IMG/VR virus record: IMGVR_UViG_3300004448_000116
Location: 2,188 to 66,187 of that record
Length of the DNA: 64,000 nt
Direction: 5' to 3' (one strand)
Origin: a virus
Taxonomy: Duplodnaviria; Caudoviricetes
Below, piece after piece: positions 1 through 9,138 of this stretch (position 1 is its first letter; each line of letters opens with the position of its first letter). The translations under genes were made by a program, and so were the position numbers. The notes beneath the pieces are model-generated. The model was not told where the DNA came from. It was given only the letters and a program-made list of their open reading frames with translations, and made no database searches.

Positions 1-181
1 TGAAGCCGATGAAGAGGGCGATGTTTCGTTTTACAGACCTTGCTTGTATCGTTGGAGTGATGAAGAACAAAAAGCATACACGGATGAAAACGATAAGGCT
101 GACTTTGGTTGGTGCGTGACAGGTGCTAATCCTGTTTATGGCGTGTATGCTTGGATATTGGCGAGAGGTGAAGAAGAATGA
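1..181 (+). CDS. Hypothetical protein, 3' end only (..EADEEGDVSFYRPCLYRW..LARGEEE*)
   Basis: Frame 2 is open from the window edge to TGA 179-181, which overlaps the next ATG (ATGA). Translated by hand. Confidence 0.6.
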   Translation, partial: EADEEGDVSFYRPCLYRWSDEEQKAYTDENDKADFGWCVTGANPVYGVYAWILARGEEE

Positions 182-288
182 AGTGTAAGGAATGTGAAAA
201 ATTAAGGAAACAGAATCTCGGTCCTTACAAATACCCATTTTGCCCTTCCTTCCCCAGTTGTAAAAGAGGAGTGAAGAAGAATGAGTGA
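178..288 (+). CDS. Cys-rich microprotein, 36 aa (MKCKECEKLRKQNLGPYKYPFCPSFPSCKRGVKKNE)
   Basis: Not in the ORF track. ATGA coupling, SD-like GAGGTGA upstream, CxxC...CxxxxxC pattern, fills the gap exactly. Confidence 0.6.
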   Translation: MKCKECEKLRKQNLGPYKYPFCPSFPSCKRGVKKNE

Positions 289-466
289 GATTGAAGAATT
301 AGAGAAAAAGATTGAGAGCATGGAAGAGTACCTCGACGAACTGATGGTGCGGATTGAAAGGGCCGAACGACTTGTCGGTGCAGTGGAAGAACTCCAAAGC
401 GAAGTCGCCAAGATTAGAGGAGCCCCGGTGGGGATGCTCTTTGATTTCTGGGGGTCTAAGAAATGA
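281..466 (+). CDS. Small coiled-coil protein ending in LFDFW
   Basis: SD GGAGTGA, heptad-rich sequence, ATGA overlap with the RFC gene. Confidence 0.7.
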   Translation: MSEIEELEKKIESMEEYLDELMVRIERAERLVGAVEELQSEVAKIRGAPVGMLFDFWGSKK

Positions 467-1404
467 CTGCGTGGAGAGAGAAGTACCGTCCTCGGACTGT
501 GGCAGACTTGGTAGGTTGTGAGGTGTTCAAGCAACAAGCACAGAACTGGTCGTTAGAAACGGCCCCGCCCTGCCTTCTGTTCATCGGAGGCCCCGGTGTC
601 GGCAAGACCACAGCGGCCCGTGCTCTGGCTCGGGATTGGCTTGGTGAGTGGTTCGGTCAAGAGAACTTCATCACCACCAATGCCAGCGATGACCGTGGGA
701 TTGGATATGTCCGTGACCACCTCAAGCACATCTCAAGGCTCAAGGGTCTGATGGTAGCCAAGCGTGTCATATTCTTAGACGAGGCGGACTCACTGACCAA
801 GGATGCACAGAAAGCACTGCGTCAAATCATGGAGGACAGTCACGACACTATCGTTTGGATTCTTGCAGGGAACGACATCTCTGCTTTCCACAAAGCAATC
901 AAGGACAGGTGTACGACTTACGAGTTCAAGTCACACGGTCCCAACGAGATAGAGGAAGCCTGTCTTAAAATCCATGAGGCCGAAGGACTCCCCGAAGAAT
1001 GGAAGCAGTACTACCGCAACCTTGCTCCCCTCTGCGAAGGCAGTCTGAGGCAGACGGTTGATACGCTACAATCATTATCAAAGACACCGGAGGCACTGGA
1101 GAAAAGAGTTCGGTCCTCTGGTCAAGACATGTCAAGAGCCGCTCTCCACTTAGCGGCAGGTGACTTTACTACGCTTAACGCATTCCTTAATCAACAGTTA
1201 GAGAAAGGCGACAGTCGATTCTATTTGTTGAAGACCCTTCGGTACAAGGCTAAGGGCCTCATCGAAGAAGGGGATGATTGGTTTGCTTTTATGAAGACCT
1301 ATGGGGATTTCATGATGATGGCAACACAATGGCCGGATGACGATATGGCTTTCTTTGAATACTTCGTCGCTACTCTCCAACAGAATAGGAGGTTGCATAA
1401 GTGA
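463..1404 (+). CDS. rfcS: Replication factor C small subunit (clamp loader, AAA+)
   Basis: WREKYRP N-terminus, Walker A GGPGVGKT, NASDDRGI, Walker B FLDEAD, sensor DRC (SRC variant). Confidence 0.93.
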   Translation: MTAWREKYRPRTVADLVGCEVFKQQAQNWSLETAPPCLLFIGGPGVGKTTAARALARDWLGEWFGQENFITTNASDDRGIGYVRDHLKHISRLKGLMVAKRVIFLDEADSLTKDAQKALRQIMEDSHDTIVWILAGNDISAFHKAIKDRCTTYEFKSHGPNEIEEACLKIHEAEGLPEEWKQYYRNLAPLCEGSLRQTVDTLQSLSKTPEALEKRVRSSGQDMSRAALHLAAGDFTTLNAFLNQQLEKGDSRFYLLKTLRYKAKGLIEEGDDWFAFMKTYGDFMMMATQWPDDDMAFFEYFVATLQQNRRLHK

Positions 1405-1417
1405 GAATCATTGTCGT

Positions 1418-1469
1418 AAAGAAAGATATTATATATGGCTACTTTATCGGCAAAGATGCATCCGATGCA
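1418..1469 (+). promoter_or_regulatory. Archaeal-type promoter (BRE + TATA) with a downstream palindrome
   Basis: Purine-rich AAAGAAAG followed by TTATATAT (1429-1436); TGCATC-C-GATGCA at 1457-1469; SD AGGTGA before ATG 1498. Confidence 0.55.
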
Positions 1470-1497
1470 AAACACAGAAACAAAACAGGTGAAAAAC

Positions 1498-2754
1498 ATG
1501 AACAGTGAAATACAGGAAAAACTCGCCGCCTATGCGGTACGGACAGGAACAACAGAAGATGAAGCGAAGCAAGCGTTTTCAGAGTGGCTCAAAAAAGAGT
1601 TCAGTATTGAAAGCATGGAGAACGAGGAAGACTACTTGTTAAACGAGTGGGCCGAAATGTTCGTCATTGAAACACGCAACCTTGGTAAGAGCGGTGGCGG
1701 TGGAAGAGAAACAACAAAGTTCCTCGGCCATGTCTGCGGCCTCAACGATTCAATCCGTGACCAGCGACAAAACCAGCGTGAAGCGGCAATCCTTGCCTTC
1801 CGTCAAGACAAGAACAAAGCGATGGACAGTGGTACAGTAGGTATCGTTGCCGCCAATCCATCGGAAGGTGTATGGAACATCAACGGTAAGCCTACCAAGG
1901 ACCGTGTCGATGGTGAACTACCATGGTATGCCTTCCTCTGTGACGGTACAGCCATTACCATGCTCAACACTAACCGAGAATCTAAGGCTTATGGCAAGCC
2001 TATGGCGAGCGAAAGCAAAGTGCGATACATGTACTTCCTTGGAAACACATCGGAAACATTTGCCATGGACCCGAAGATGTGGCGTGTTGCCCTCAACGGG
2101 GATGACATGACTCACAAGTACGAACTTGGGAAGTTGTGCGAGATTGAAGTAGTGCCCTCTGCGAACGCAGAGTCTGACATTCTGTACACCAATCGTGGCT
2201 TTGCCAAGTCAGTTAAGTACAACACCGATGAGTCTGTACCCACGCAGTTCACTGATGCGGCTCGTTTCTGGACGAGTGCTGAGCACAACAGTTGTGTCGA
2301 CCTCTCCAACCTTATCGAGGAGTACGATGACCGGAAGGTTGCGTACAATAACAACTTCATCCCACCGACACTCATCACTAAGGGGTACATCAGTAGGATG
2401 TCCGTTGAACCGACAGACAACCAATACGATGATACCGGTCGGAACTTCCGCATCAGCGTCACAAGCCTCGCTTTGCAATCGACCTATGGTCGTGAGTCGA
2501 GCCTCGCAGAGGTGACGGTGTGGGTACCGGGTCGAACCTTTGATGACACACACCCCTTTGAATTCCACAACGGTGAAGAATGGGTACCTTACGCAGAGCG
2601 TACACAGGTGCTTATCTGTGGCAAGGTCAAGACTCGTATGTATCGTGATGACATGGTCCCAAGCATCACAGCACTGGGCATCTATGTCCCACCTCGTACA
2701 GCCCGACCCGGTGCTCGTGGTGGCAACACTGACACATCACAATTGGAGGAATAA
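1498..2754 (+). CDS. Putative ssDNA-binding protein (RPA-like OB folds)
   Basis: Position between RFC and the recombinase/PCNA genes, beta-rich C-terminal half with an OB-like pattern, acidic tail. ATG 1498 has SD AGGTGA; the ORF track starts at 1435. Confidence 0.55.
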   Translation: MNSEIQEKLAAYAVRTGTTEDEAKQAFSEWLKKEFSIESMENEEDYLLNEWAEMFVIETRNLGKSGGGGRETTKFLGHVCGLNDSIRDQRQNQREAAILAFRQDKNKAMDSGTVGIVAANPSEGVWNINGKPTKDRVDGELPWYAFLCDGTAITMLNTNRESKAYGKPMASESKVRYMYFLGNTSETFAMDPKMWRVALNGDDMTHKYELGKLCEIEVVPSANAESDILYTNRGFAKSVKYNTDESVPTQFTDAARFWTSAEHNSCVDLSNLIEEYDDRKVAYNNNFIPPTLITKGYISRMSVEPTDNQYDDTGRNFRISVTSLALQSTYGRESSLAEVTVWVPGRTFDDTHPFEFHNGEEWVPYAERTQVLICGKVKTRMYRDDMVPSITALGIYVPPRTARPGARGGNTDTSQLEE

Positions 2755-2756
2755 AC

Positions 2757-3869
2757 ATGGGAGCATTTGACGCATTGAAGAAGCATGTCGACCTCACAAA
2801 CAAAGGAGTCGACGAAGACAAAGTTGGCGCTTTGGTCGCAGAGGCACTCAACCTTGAGAATCACCCTGCACCACCGATGCCTCCTACGGAAGAAGCATCT
2901 GTGACAAACCAAGCACGAGGTCGACAGGGAGAAAGCCTTGTGGAACACATTGAGCGGACAACATCTGAGCCAGCCGCCCCAGCGAGCAACTTCCCCGACC
3001 TTGCTAAGGAACTCGTCGACCAAACATCATCCAATCGAGTCAAGCCTTCAACAACATTCTGTGGTATCGTTGGTCACAGTGGTCGTGGTAAGACTGGTAT
3101 CTCCATGGACTCGTTCATGAAGAACTCTGGTCCAAAGGACATGATGTGGTGCATTGACTTCGACGGTGGTGCTCTTGATTGTAAGCATGCTCACTACCCC
3201 GACAGTGACGACAAGATTCGTATCTGGAACCCATGGGAAACACAGGTCCACGACCGTGTTGCTTTCAACTACCCCAAGACTCATCAACGGACTATGAACC
3301 TGTGCAAGTTCGCACTTGAACATGCACGGAAGCAACAAGCCGCTGACTACGACGGGCCTCGTCTGACTACCCTGCTGGTCACGGCGGTCGACCAATACGA
3401 CCAAGTCTGTATCAACAACATGAAGATTTACGACCTTGAGATGGATGCTAAAGACGCCATTGAAGCGGCCGCCTCCAAGTTGAATCAAGACATAGGTTGG
3501 AACTGGAACATCCGTACCACCCGATTCAAGCAGTTGACGGCTCTCTGTCGCCAATTGAACTTCGCAGGTGTCGATGTGTTCTGGGAAACGCACATCAAGT
3601 CCGATGACAAAGAGTACAGCCATGATGGCTGGAAGTTCGTGTGGGAGAAGAACGCCAACAACGACCTGACTCAAATCATCTGGTGTAAGGACCAAAAGAT
3701 TCGCAACGAAGATGGCAAGGAAACAGGGGAAACCCGGTATGTGGCAGACTTCGTCAAGTGCAAGACCAATCCTGACCTACAAGGTCAAGAGCGTGTCTTC
3801 TTCGTCACAAAGAAGGGCCTCCCTGCCGAATGGATTGGGCTGGCCGAACTTCGTGACAAAACCATGTGA
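2757..3869 (+). CDS. RecA/RadA-superfamily ATPase (Sak4/AAA_24-like recombinase)
   Basis: Walker A GHSGRGKT, IDFDGG, Walker B-like LLVTAVD; low-complexity N-terminal arm. Confidence 0.7.
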   Translation: MGAFDALKKHVDLTNKGVDEDKVGALVAEALNLENHPAPPMPPTEEASVTNQARGRQGESLVEHIERTTSEPAAPASNFPDLAKELVDQTSSNRVKPSTTFCGIVGHSGRGKTGISMDSFMKNSGPKDMMWCIDFDGGALDCKHAHYPDSDDKIRIWNPWETQVHDRVAFNYPKTHQRTMNLCKFALEHARKQQAADYDGPRLTTLLVTAVDQYDQVCINNMKIYDLEMDAKDAIEAAASKLNQDIGWNWNIRTTRFKQLTALCRQLNFAGVDVFWETHIKSDDKEYSHDGWKFVWEKNANNDLTQIIWCKDQKIRNEDGKETGETRYVADFVKCKTNPDLQGQERVFFVTKKGLPAEWIGLAELRDKTM

Positions 3870-3878
3870 GGCGATTGG

Positions 3879-4637
3879 ATGACTTCCTTCACAATCAGCC
3901 GCAAGGCGCTGTCATCCTTCTTGGGTTCATTTACCAAGGGGGTCGACAACCTTGCGATAAGAGTGGGTGACGGCACCATTACCGTTGCAGTGGGTGCTCT
4001 CACCCATTACTTGAAGCGGTCTGTCGAAGTACAGGAAAGTGATGCTGGAAAGATATTCATCACTGACCTGACTCGACTGATGACCTACCTCGGAACAGCG
4101 TCTGCTTCTGATGTCACAGTCAGCCAGTCGGGACGGGGTAGGGCCTTGCAGGTCCGTGCTGGTAAGTCTTCTTTGGAACTGCCAACTTCGTCATTCGTTG
4201 CATCCGAAGAACAGGTACCTCTGATTGAGAAGGTCATCGCTAAGGCAGAGAGTTCGATGTGGACTACCTTTGGCCCTTCTTCTCTTGAAGCATCAGGCAA
4301 CATCAGTGGTGTTGACCTGTATGGACTCAGCAAGGCCGACAAGATTGTCGGTAGTGGTCTGAGTTGCAAAGTGGTGTACCGTCCTCGTGACAACGAGTTG
4401 GCCCTCATGGCTAAGAACACAAACAAGGGCAAGATGTTTGCAACGGCAGAAGTCGAAGCAGTGAGCGGGACTAAGGAATCTTACGAATCTAATTTTGCAC
4501 ACTGGCTACCTGAACTCCTCACCACTGTTCCTGATACAGTTGTACAGTTCCACATGGGAGAATCAGCCCCGTTAGTCATCCGTGACCAAGACGGCTCATA
4601 TCTCCTACTTGTGTTGGACCAAGAGGTGGAAGCATGA
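3879..4637 (+). CDS. pcn: DNA sliding clamp (PCNA-like)
   Basis: 252 aa, clamp-like alpha/beta pattern, C-terminal 'GESAPLVI...YLLLVL', adjacent to RFC and PolB. Confidence 0.7.
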   Translation: MTSFTISRKALSSFLGSFTKGVDNLAIRVGDGTITVAVGALTHYLKRSVEVQESDAGKIFITDLTRLMTYLGTASASDVTVSQSGRGRALQVRAGKSSLELPTSSFVASEEQVPLIEKVIAKAESSMWTTFGPSSLEASGNISGVDLYGLSKADKIVGSGLSCKVVYRPRDNELALMAKNTNKGKMFATAEVEAVSGTKESYESNFAHWLPELLTTVPDTVVQFHMGESAPLVIRDQDGSYLLLVLDQEVEA

Positions 4638-4804
4638 GGCGAGATGTTTGTTGGCTCTGTGGTGGCAAATTGATTTGGCAATGTGACTACGACTTAGAAG
4701 ACTACGGCTACATGGGCGTCGAAGGTATGATTGCTACGCTTGTCTGTTCCGACTGTGGAGCAGATGTAGTGTACACTCTCCAAAACGAATTGGAGGAAGA
4801 GTGA
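4634..4804 (+). CDS. Zn-ribbon microprotein, 56 aa (MRRDVCWLCGGKLIWQCDYDLEDYGYMGVEGMIATLVCSDCGADVVYTLQNELEEE)
   Basis: Not in the ORF track. ATGA overlap with PCNA, two CxxC pairs, stop overlaps the next start. Confidence 0.75.
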   Translation: MRRDVCWLCGGKLIWQCDYDLEDYGYMGVEGMIATLVCSDCGADVVYTLQNELEEE

Positions 4805-4995
4805 TGCTCATCTGTGTGGGCTGTGACGAAGAGCACCAGCACTCACAGATGGTTGACGGTGATTGGTGTGAAGCCTGTTGGGACGCAAGTGAGCGTGTCA
4901 AATGTAAGCAACCACTCAAGCACCGTCCAAAGATGGAAGGTGTGATACACTGTAAAACATGTGCAAGGGAGGAGCGTGAAGTCGATGATTGTTGA
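4801..4995 (+). CDS. Cys-rich Zn-finger microprotein
   Basis: Three CxxC pairs, coupled to both neighbours. Confidence 0.65.
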   Translation: MMLICVGCDEEHQHSQMVDGDWCEACWDASERVKCKQPLKHRPKMEGVIHCKTCAREEREVDDC

Positions 4996-7372
4996 TGCTT
5001 ACATTCCCCATTACGAATCTCGTGATGTGCTTTACTGCCGCTGGCGTGACAAGGATGGCTCCCTCATAGAGAAACATGTGACAGACTTTGAGCCATACTT
5101 CTGGGCCAATGCGTCGGACAGAAACAAGTTAGTCAGCATGGTGTCAGCGTACCCCGGTGCCCGCATTGATTGGAATCAAATGGCCGTTGGGCGGAATAAG
5201 GAAGAACTCGTGAAGGTCTTACCGTACCGTCACAAGGACATTTGGGGCATGAGAAAACAAGTTGATACTTGGGAAGCAGACATGAAATTGTCTGACCGCT
5301 ACCTCATAGACAGTTGGGCACAGATGCCTGATTGGAAGCCGAGAGTATGGCACATCGACCTTGAGTGGGACCCGAAGGATAAGTTCACCACAGTGATAGG
5401 CATAGCCGACAGTCAAAGCGGAGAGCGTGTGGCCTTCTGCTGGTCAGAAGAATCAGCCGAACAACTCAGAGATTGGGAGTCGGTTGAAACGACCCGCTCT
5501 ATGAATTGGGAAAACAGCAAGGGTCAGGTATCTGATGTCACATACCGCAGGGTACTGTGCAACTCAGAGAAAGCCATTTACACTAAGTTCCTTGATTATC
5601 TTGAAGAGTGCAACCCTGATGTCATTGTTGCACACGCTCTTATGTGGGCCGACCTTCCTCATATCATCGCTCGTTTAAGCGACCGAAAGGTGCTTGGGAA
5701 AGATGCTTATCGTCGCCTTAGTCCTATCGGGCGGGTGATGAAGCCTGATGAAAATGGCTACAAGAAACCTACAATGCAACCAATCGCTGGTCGTCTGTGC
5801 TTTGATACAGCCGCCTCACTTGAAAGCGGTACAGGCTTTGAGCGAGTGTGGAAGGACAGTGGTAAGCCTCAGTTGGCCAGCCGTAAGTTGGATTTTATCA
5901 CAGGGCCAGACCTGTTGGACTACGGTGGTAAGTTGGAGATGTCCGTGTTCACTGGATGGTACGAACGATTCGACGAGTTCGTCGACTATTGTATGCGGGA
6001 TGTGACACTGCTCAAGCGTATGGACGAGGACAACCACATACTTGCCTTTTTCTTCGCTCTCCAACGAGTATGCGGCGTAGCCTTCGATTCAACTCACAAT
6101 GTCACCAGATTTGCAAGGGGACTCATTGGTCGTCGTACAGACACCAAAGCACCTACCAACATTGACATCGAGCCGGAAGACTACCCCGGCGGTCACATTC
6201 CTGCTCCTACCCCCGGTCGATACCAAAATGTCGCCGTGGTGGATTACAAGCAACTCTATCCCTCCATCATTCAATCTCACAATCTCAGTTGGGAGTCCCG
6301 TGTTGACAGAGAACTACGCTTTGAAGACGATGTACGGGAACTACCTGACGGTACCTGTTGGCGACAAGGTAAGCCTGCCCTGTTGCCAAGGATTGTCACC
6401 GAGTTGGTCAAACTTCGTGACGAATATAAAGGCAACATGAAGACGGCCAGCGACCCCATTGAAAGGTCTGGCTGGAACACCATGCAACTCGCAGTAAAAC
6501 GGTGCATGGCGTCACTATACGGTATGTGCGCAAGTACTTACTGGGGATGGGCGGCCCCTGACATCGCCTCTGCTATCACAGCCTGTGGTCGTGAAGCAGT
6601 CAAATTTCTCATGGAGGAATCTGAGAAGCAGGGCTACAATGCACTGTACGGTCACACCGACTCAGCCTTCGTACAAATCCCATTCGACGAGGTGCCAGCA
6701 CTCGCTGAGCATCTGACGCAGACGGTTCAAAGAGAACACCAAGCCAGCCACTTCGTCGTGGAATTTGAAGCATTCATGCCCTACTGGGTCACTGGTGGCA
6801 AGAACTTGTACTACGGTATTTGCTCATGGCCCCCAGAAGACGAAGGTAAGCCCAAGTCAGCACGCTGGGGCAAAATCAGTACACTGTCCCCTGTGTCAAG
6901 GACACTTGAAAAAGATGTGCTGAACATGCTTTGTAAGGGTGCTGATGAGAACGAAGTGGTCACTCATGTGAGGGAAATATCCCTCCGAATCAAATCAGGT
7001 GACATTGACATACCAGATGTTTCTGGCGTCACCCGCATTCAAAAGGACCTGTGGGAGTACGCTGAGAGCATAGGTGTCCCCGGTGTAAAGGGTGCACGAT
7101 ATTACAATCTGCACCTCTCTGACCAATTCACTCATCCCATCTTCAAGAAAGGCGACAGTGTCAAATGGGTCTATGCAAAATCTGACCCAAGCGGCAGGCA
7201 TATCGACGACATCGTAGCCTACCACGAAGCAGAGGACCTCGACGGCTTTACTCTCGACCACGATAAGATGGTTCAAAAGTTGGTTGTTGAGAAAATCAAA
7301 CCCATGTTCAAGGCCATGAAGTGGTCAACAGACTATGCGAGCGGTATGCCTCGCCCCAAAACCTACTGGTAG
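4985..7372 (+). CDS. polB: Family B DNA polymerase with 3'-5' exonuclease domain
   Basis: ExoI HIDLEW, ExoIII YCMRD, motif A DYKQLYPS, motif B KRCMASLYG, motif C YGHTDS. ATG 4985 preferred over 4961. Confidence 0.96.
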   Translation: MIVDAYIPHYESRDVLYCRWRDKDGSLIEKHVTDFEPYFWANASDRNKLVSMVSAYPGARIDWNQMAVGRNKEELVKVLPYRHKDIWGMRKQVDTWEADMKLSDRYLIDSWAQMPDWKPRVWHIDLEWDPKDKFTTVIGIADSQSGERVAFCWSEESAEQLRDWESVETTRSMNWENSKGQVSDVTYRRVLCNSEKAIYTKFLDYLEECNPDVIVAHALMWADLPHIIARLSDRKVLGKDAYRRLSPIGRVMKPDENGYKKPTMQPIAGRLCFDTAASLESGTGFERVWKDSGKPQLASRKLDFITGPDLLDYGGKLEMSVFTGWYERFDEFVDYCMRDVTLLKRMDEDNHILAFFFALQRVCGVAFDSTHNVTRFARGLIGRRTDTKAPTNIDIEPEDYPGGHIPAPTPGRYQNVAVVDYKQLYPSIIQSHNLSWESRVDRELRFEDDVRELPDGTCWRQGKPALLPRIVTELVKLRDEYKGNMKTASDPIERSGWNTMQLAVKRCMASLYGMCASTYWGWAAPDIASAITACGREAVKFLMEESEKQGYNALYGHTDSAFVQIPFDEVPALAEHLTQTVQREHQASHFVVEFEAFMPYWVTGGKNLYYGICSWPPEDEGKPKSARWGKISTLSPVSRTLEKDVLNMLCKGADENEVVTHVREISLRIKSGDIDIPDVSGVTRIQKDLWEYAESIGVPGVKGARYYNLHLSDQFTHPIFKKGDSVKWVYAKSDPSGRHIDDIVAYHEAEDLDGFTLDHDKMVQKLVVEKIKPMFKAMKWSTDYASGMPRPKTYW

Positions 7373-7404
7373 GGTTAAATACCAGAATAAGTTAGGTGCC
7401 TAAT
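7373..7404 (+). promoter_or_regulatory. Putative TATA box for a leaderless transcript
   Basis: TTAAATA at 7375-7381, 24-30 nt before ATG 7405, in one of the few intergenic gaps of the operon. Confidence 0.45.
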
Positions 7405-7953
7405 ATGCGAAACATTGATGATGAAATTGTGAAAGCCGTTGAGAAAAACCCCGGACTAAGTCGTGGCGGTTTGATTAAACAGAACAAACCACTGCAAGAT
7501 AGAAACAAGCAGTACATAGGTCTGCGATTACAGCACCTCTGTGAAAATGGTTTGATAAGTAAGAAGGGTGAGCGTAAGGGCACAAGGTACTATCCGTGCA
7601 CAAATCAGGATAATTACGACCCAATAGGCTTCATGAAAAACAAGCAGACCTCGCAAAAAATCATCGATGTATTCGATGAGGTTAAGCGTATGGTCGTCAA
7701 GAAAAACCAAGCATACGGTGACAGTATCTTCAAGCCGTCCCGAGTCTTTTACAAGGGCTCTGCTGAGCCCGGCGATTTGATTCGCATACGCATGGATGAT
7801 AAGATTAGCCGTCTGATTCAGGGTGACAAGGACATTGGCTCTGACGAAGATGTCATCAAAGACCTCATGGGCTACTGTGCTATTCTCTTGGTGACCATGC
7901 GTGAAGACAAGGAACCACCACAGAGTTCGATGAGGGATTACTTTGAGTCGTGA
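7405..7953 (+). CDS. Winged-HTH fused to a DUF1599/Nmad1-like all-alpha NTP-pyrophosphatase-fold domain, with C-terminal PIP box
   Basis: N-terminal 'LQHLCENGLISKKGERKGTRYY' wing; 'KKNQAYGDS..IRMDDKISRL..DLMGYCAIL' family pattern; ends QSSMRDYF. Confidence 0.7.
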   Translation: MRNIDDEIVKAVEKNPGLSRGGLIKQNKPLQDRNKQYIGLRLQHLCENGLISKKGERKGTRYYPCTNQDNYDPIGFMKNKQTSQKIIDVFDEVKRMVVKKNQAYGDSIFKPSRVFYKGSAEPGDLIRIRMDDKISRLIQGDKDIGSDEDVIKDLMGYCAILLVTMREDKEPPQSSMRDYFES

Positions 7954-8899
7954 TTGGGCCGCCTACGCCAAGTCCACCTATCAGTGGCATCAAGGGCACG
8001 AGAAGATGCTTCGTGTGACGAAGTCGAGCCTTACCTCTGATTTCTCTTTCTGTCCTAAGCAGTACGAGTACAAGCGCATTGATGGGCGGAAGTCCCCTCA
8101 GACAGATGCGATGGCTCGTGGTACGAATGTTCACGACGCAATGGAACACTTCTATTTGCATGTCAAGCCAGTGTACAGAAAGGCATACGAGCAAATTAAG
8201 AAGAAGGACCGTGAAGGTGCAATGGAAGCACTCATGGCCTGTCTACCACAGCCAGACGAACCATACACGCTGGGCGAAGAGCCCATCCTGCGTCAACGCA
8301 TAGAGTGGGAACTCGTGCGCCTTGAAGCAGACCCTGACAGGTTCCTGCCCATCATCAACGAATTGGAAGTACATGCGTACCAAGATGTGGTTTTTGAATT
8401 CAATGGTGAAAACATTACAATACCCATTCACTTTGCAGGTAGCATCGACAGAGGCTATGAAACAGAGGAAGGAAAAGTTGCCTTGATGGAATTGAAGACC
8501 GGTAAGTGGAAGCCTACCAACTTCAAGATACGAGGTATGCGGACTGAGATGGCGTTTTACATGGACCTCTTGCAGAAGGCAGAGCACCCATTGAAAGATG
8601 TGACCCATTGGGGTTGGTTTTATCCAGCAGGGGAACGACCCGGTGAGCATGGTACACAGAACGATGTGACCTACGAGAAGGTGAATCGTCGCTACCTGAC
8701 CTCACTACGGAAACAACTCAACAATCTTTTGGAGGCGTACTTCACAAACAATTTCAAACCCGACCCAAGCCCCGGCAAGTGTGCTTGGTGTGAGTTCATA
8801 GCAGAGTGTCCTGCTTGGCAGGACGACGGTGACAAGTATTGGAAGATGCCGCCGACTCGCCTTGAGAAACAAAGAAAACGAGAGGAGGCCCAAGAATGA
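7943..8899 (+). CDS. Cas4-like PD-(D/E)XK exonuclease with Fe-S cysteines
   Basis: CPKQY, GTNVH, GSIDR, ELKTG, C-terminal CAWCEFIAEC; TTG start with SD GAGGGA. Confidence 0.85.
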   Translation: MSRDWAAYAKSTYQWHQGHEKMLRVTKSSLTSDFSFCPKQYEYKRIDGRKSPQTDAMARGTNVHDAMEHFYLHVKPVYRKAYEQIKKKDREGAMEALMACLPQPDEPYTLGEEPILRQRIEWELVRLEADPDRFLPIINELEVHAYQDVVFEFNGENITIPIHFAGSIDRGYETEEGKVALMELKTGKWKPTNFKIRGMRTEMAFYMDLLQKAEHPLKDVTHWGWFYPAGERPGEHGTQNDVTYEKVNRRYLTSLRKQLNNLLEAYFTNNFKPDPSPGKCAWCEFIAECPAWQDDGDKYWKMPPTRLEKQRKREEAQE

Positions 8900-9138
8900 T
8901 TTTGCTACCCTATGTGACAGAGGCAATTTGCTTCTGGATTGAATCGAAGTACCGTCGCTTGCCGGTCGTGGGGTGGGGCCACCTCAACTCAGGAGTCGTG
9001 AACATCAAGACCTTTGATGAAGAGGTTGAGATAACTCTGGACTACTCGCTACTCACCCCCAAGGGTACTGCTCTTCGGACCATACTTACGAACATTGATG
9101 CTTTTTTGGAGGACTGGGTAAATGAGGCTGAAACTTGA
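8896..9138 (+). CDS. Hypothetical protein, 80 aa
   Basis: ATGA overlap, SD GGAGG, fills the operon gap. Confidence 0.65.
   Translation: MILLPYVTEAICFWIESKYRRLPVVGWGHLNSGVVNIKTFDEEVEITLDYSLLTPKGTALRTILTNIDAFLEDWVNEAET

Noticed and set aside
7943-8899. Cas4-like gene as part of a CRISPR-Cas system
   Set aside because: No repeat-spacer array or other cas genes seen; solo Cas4-like nucleases are common in archaeal virus replication modules.
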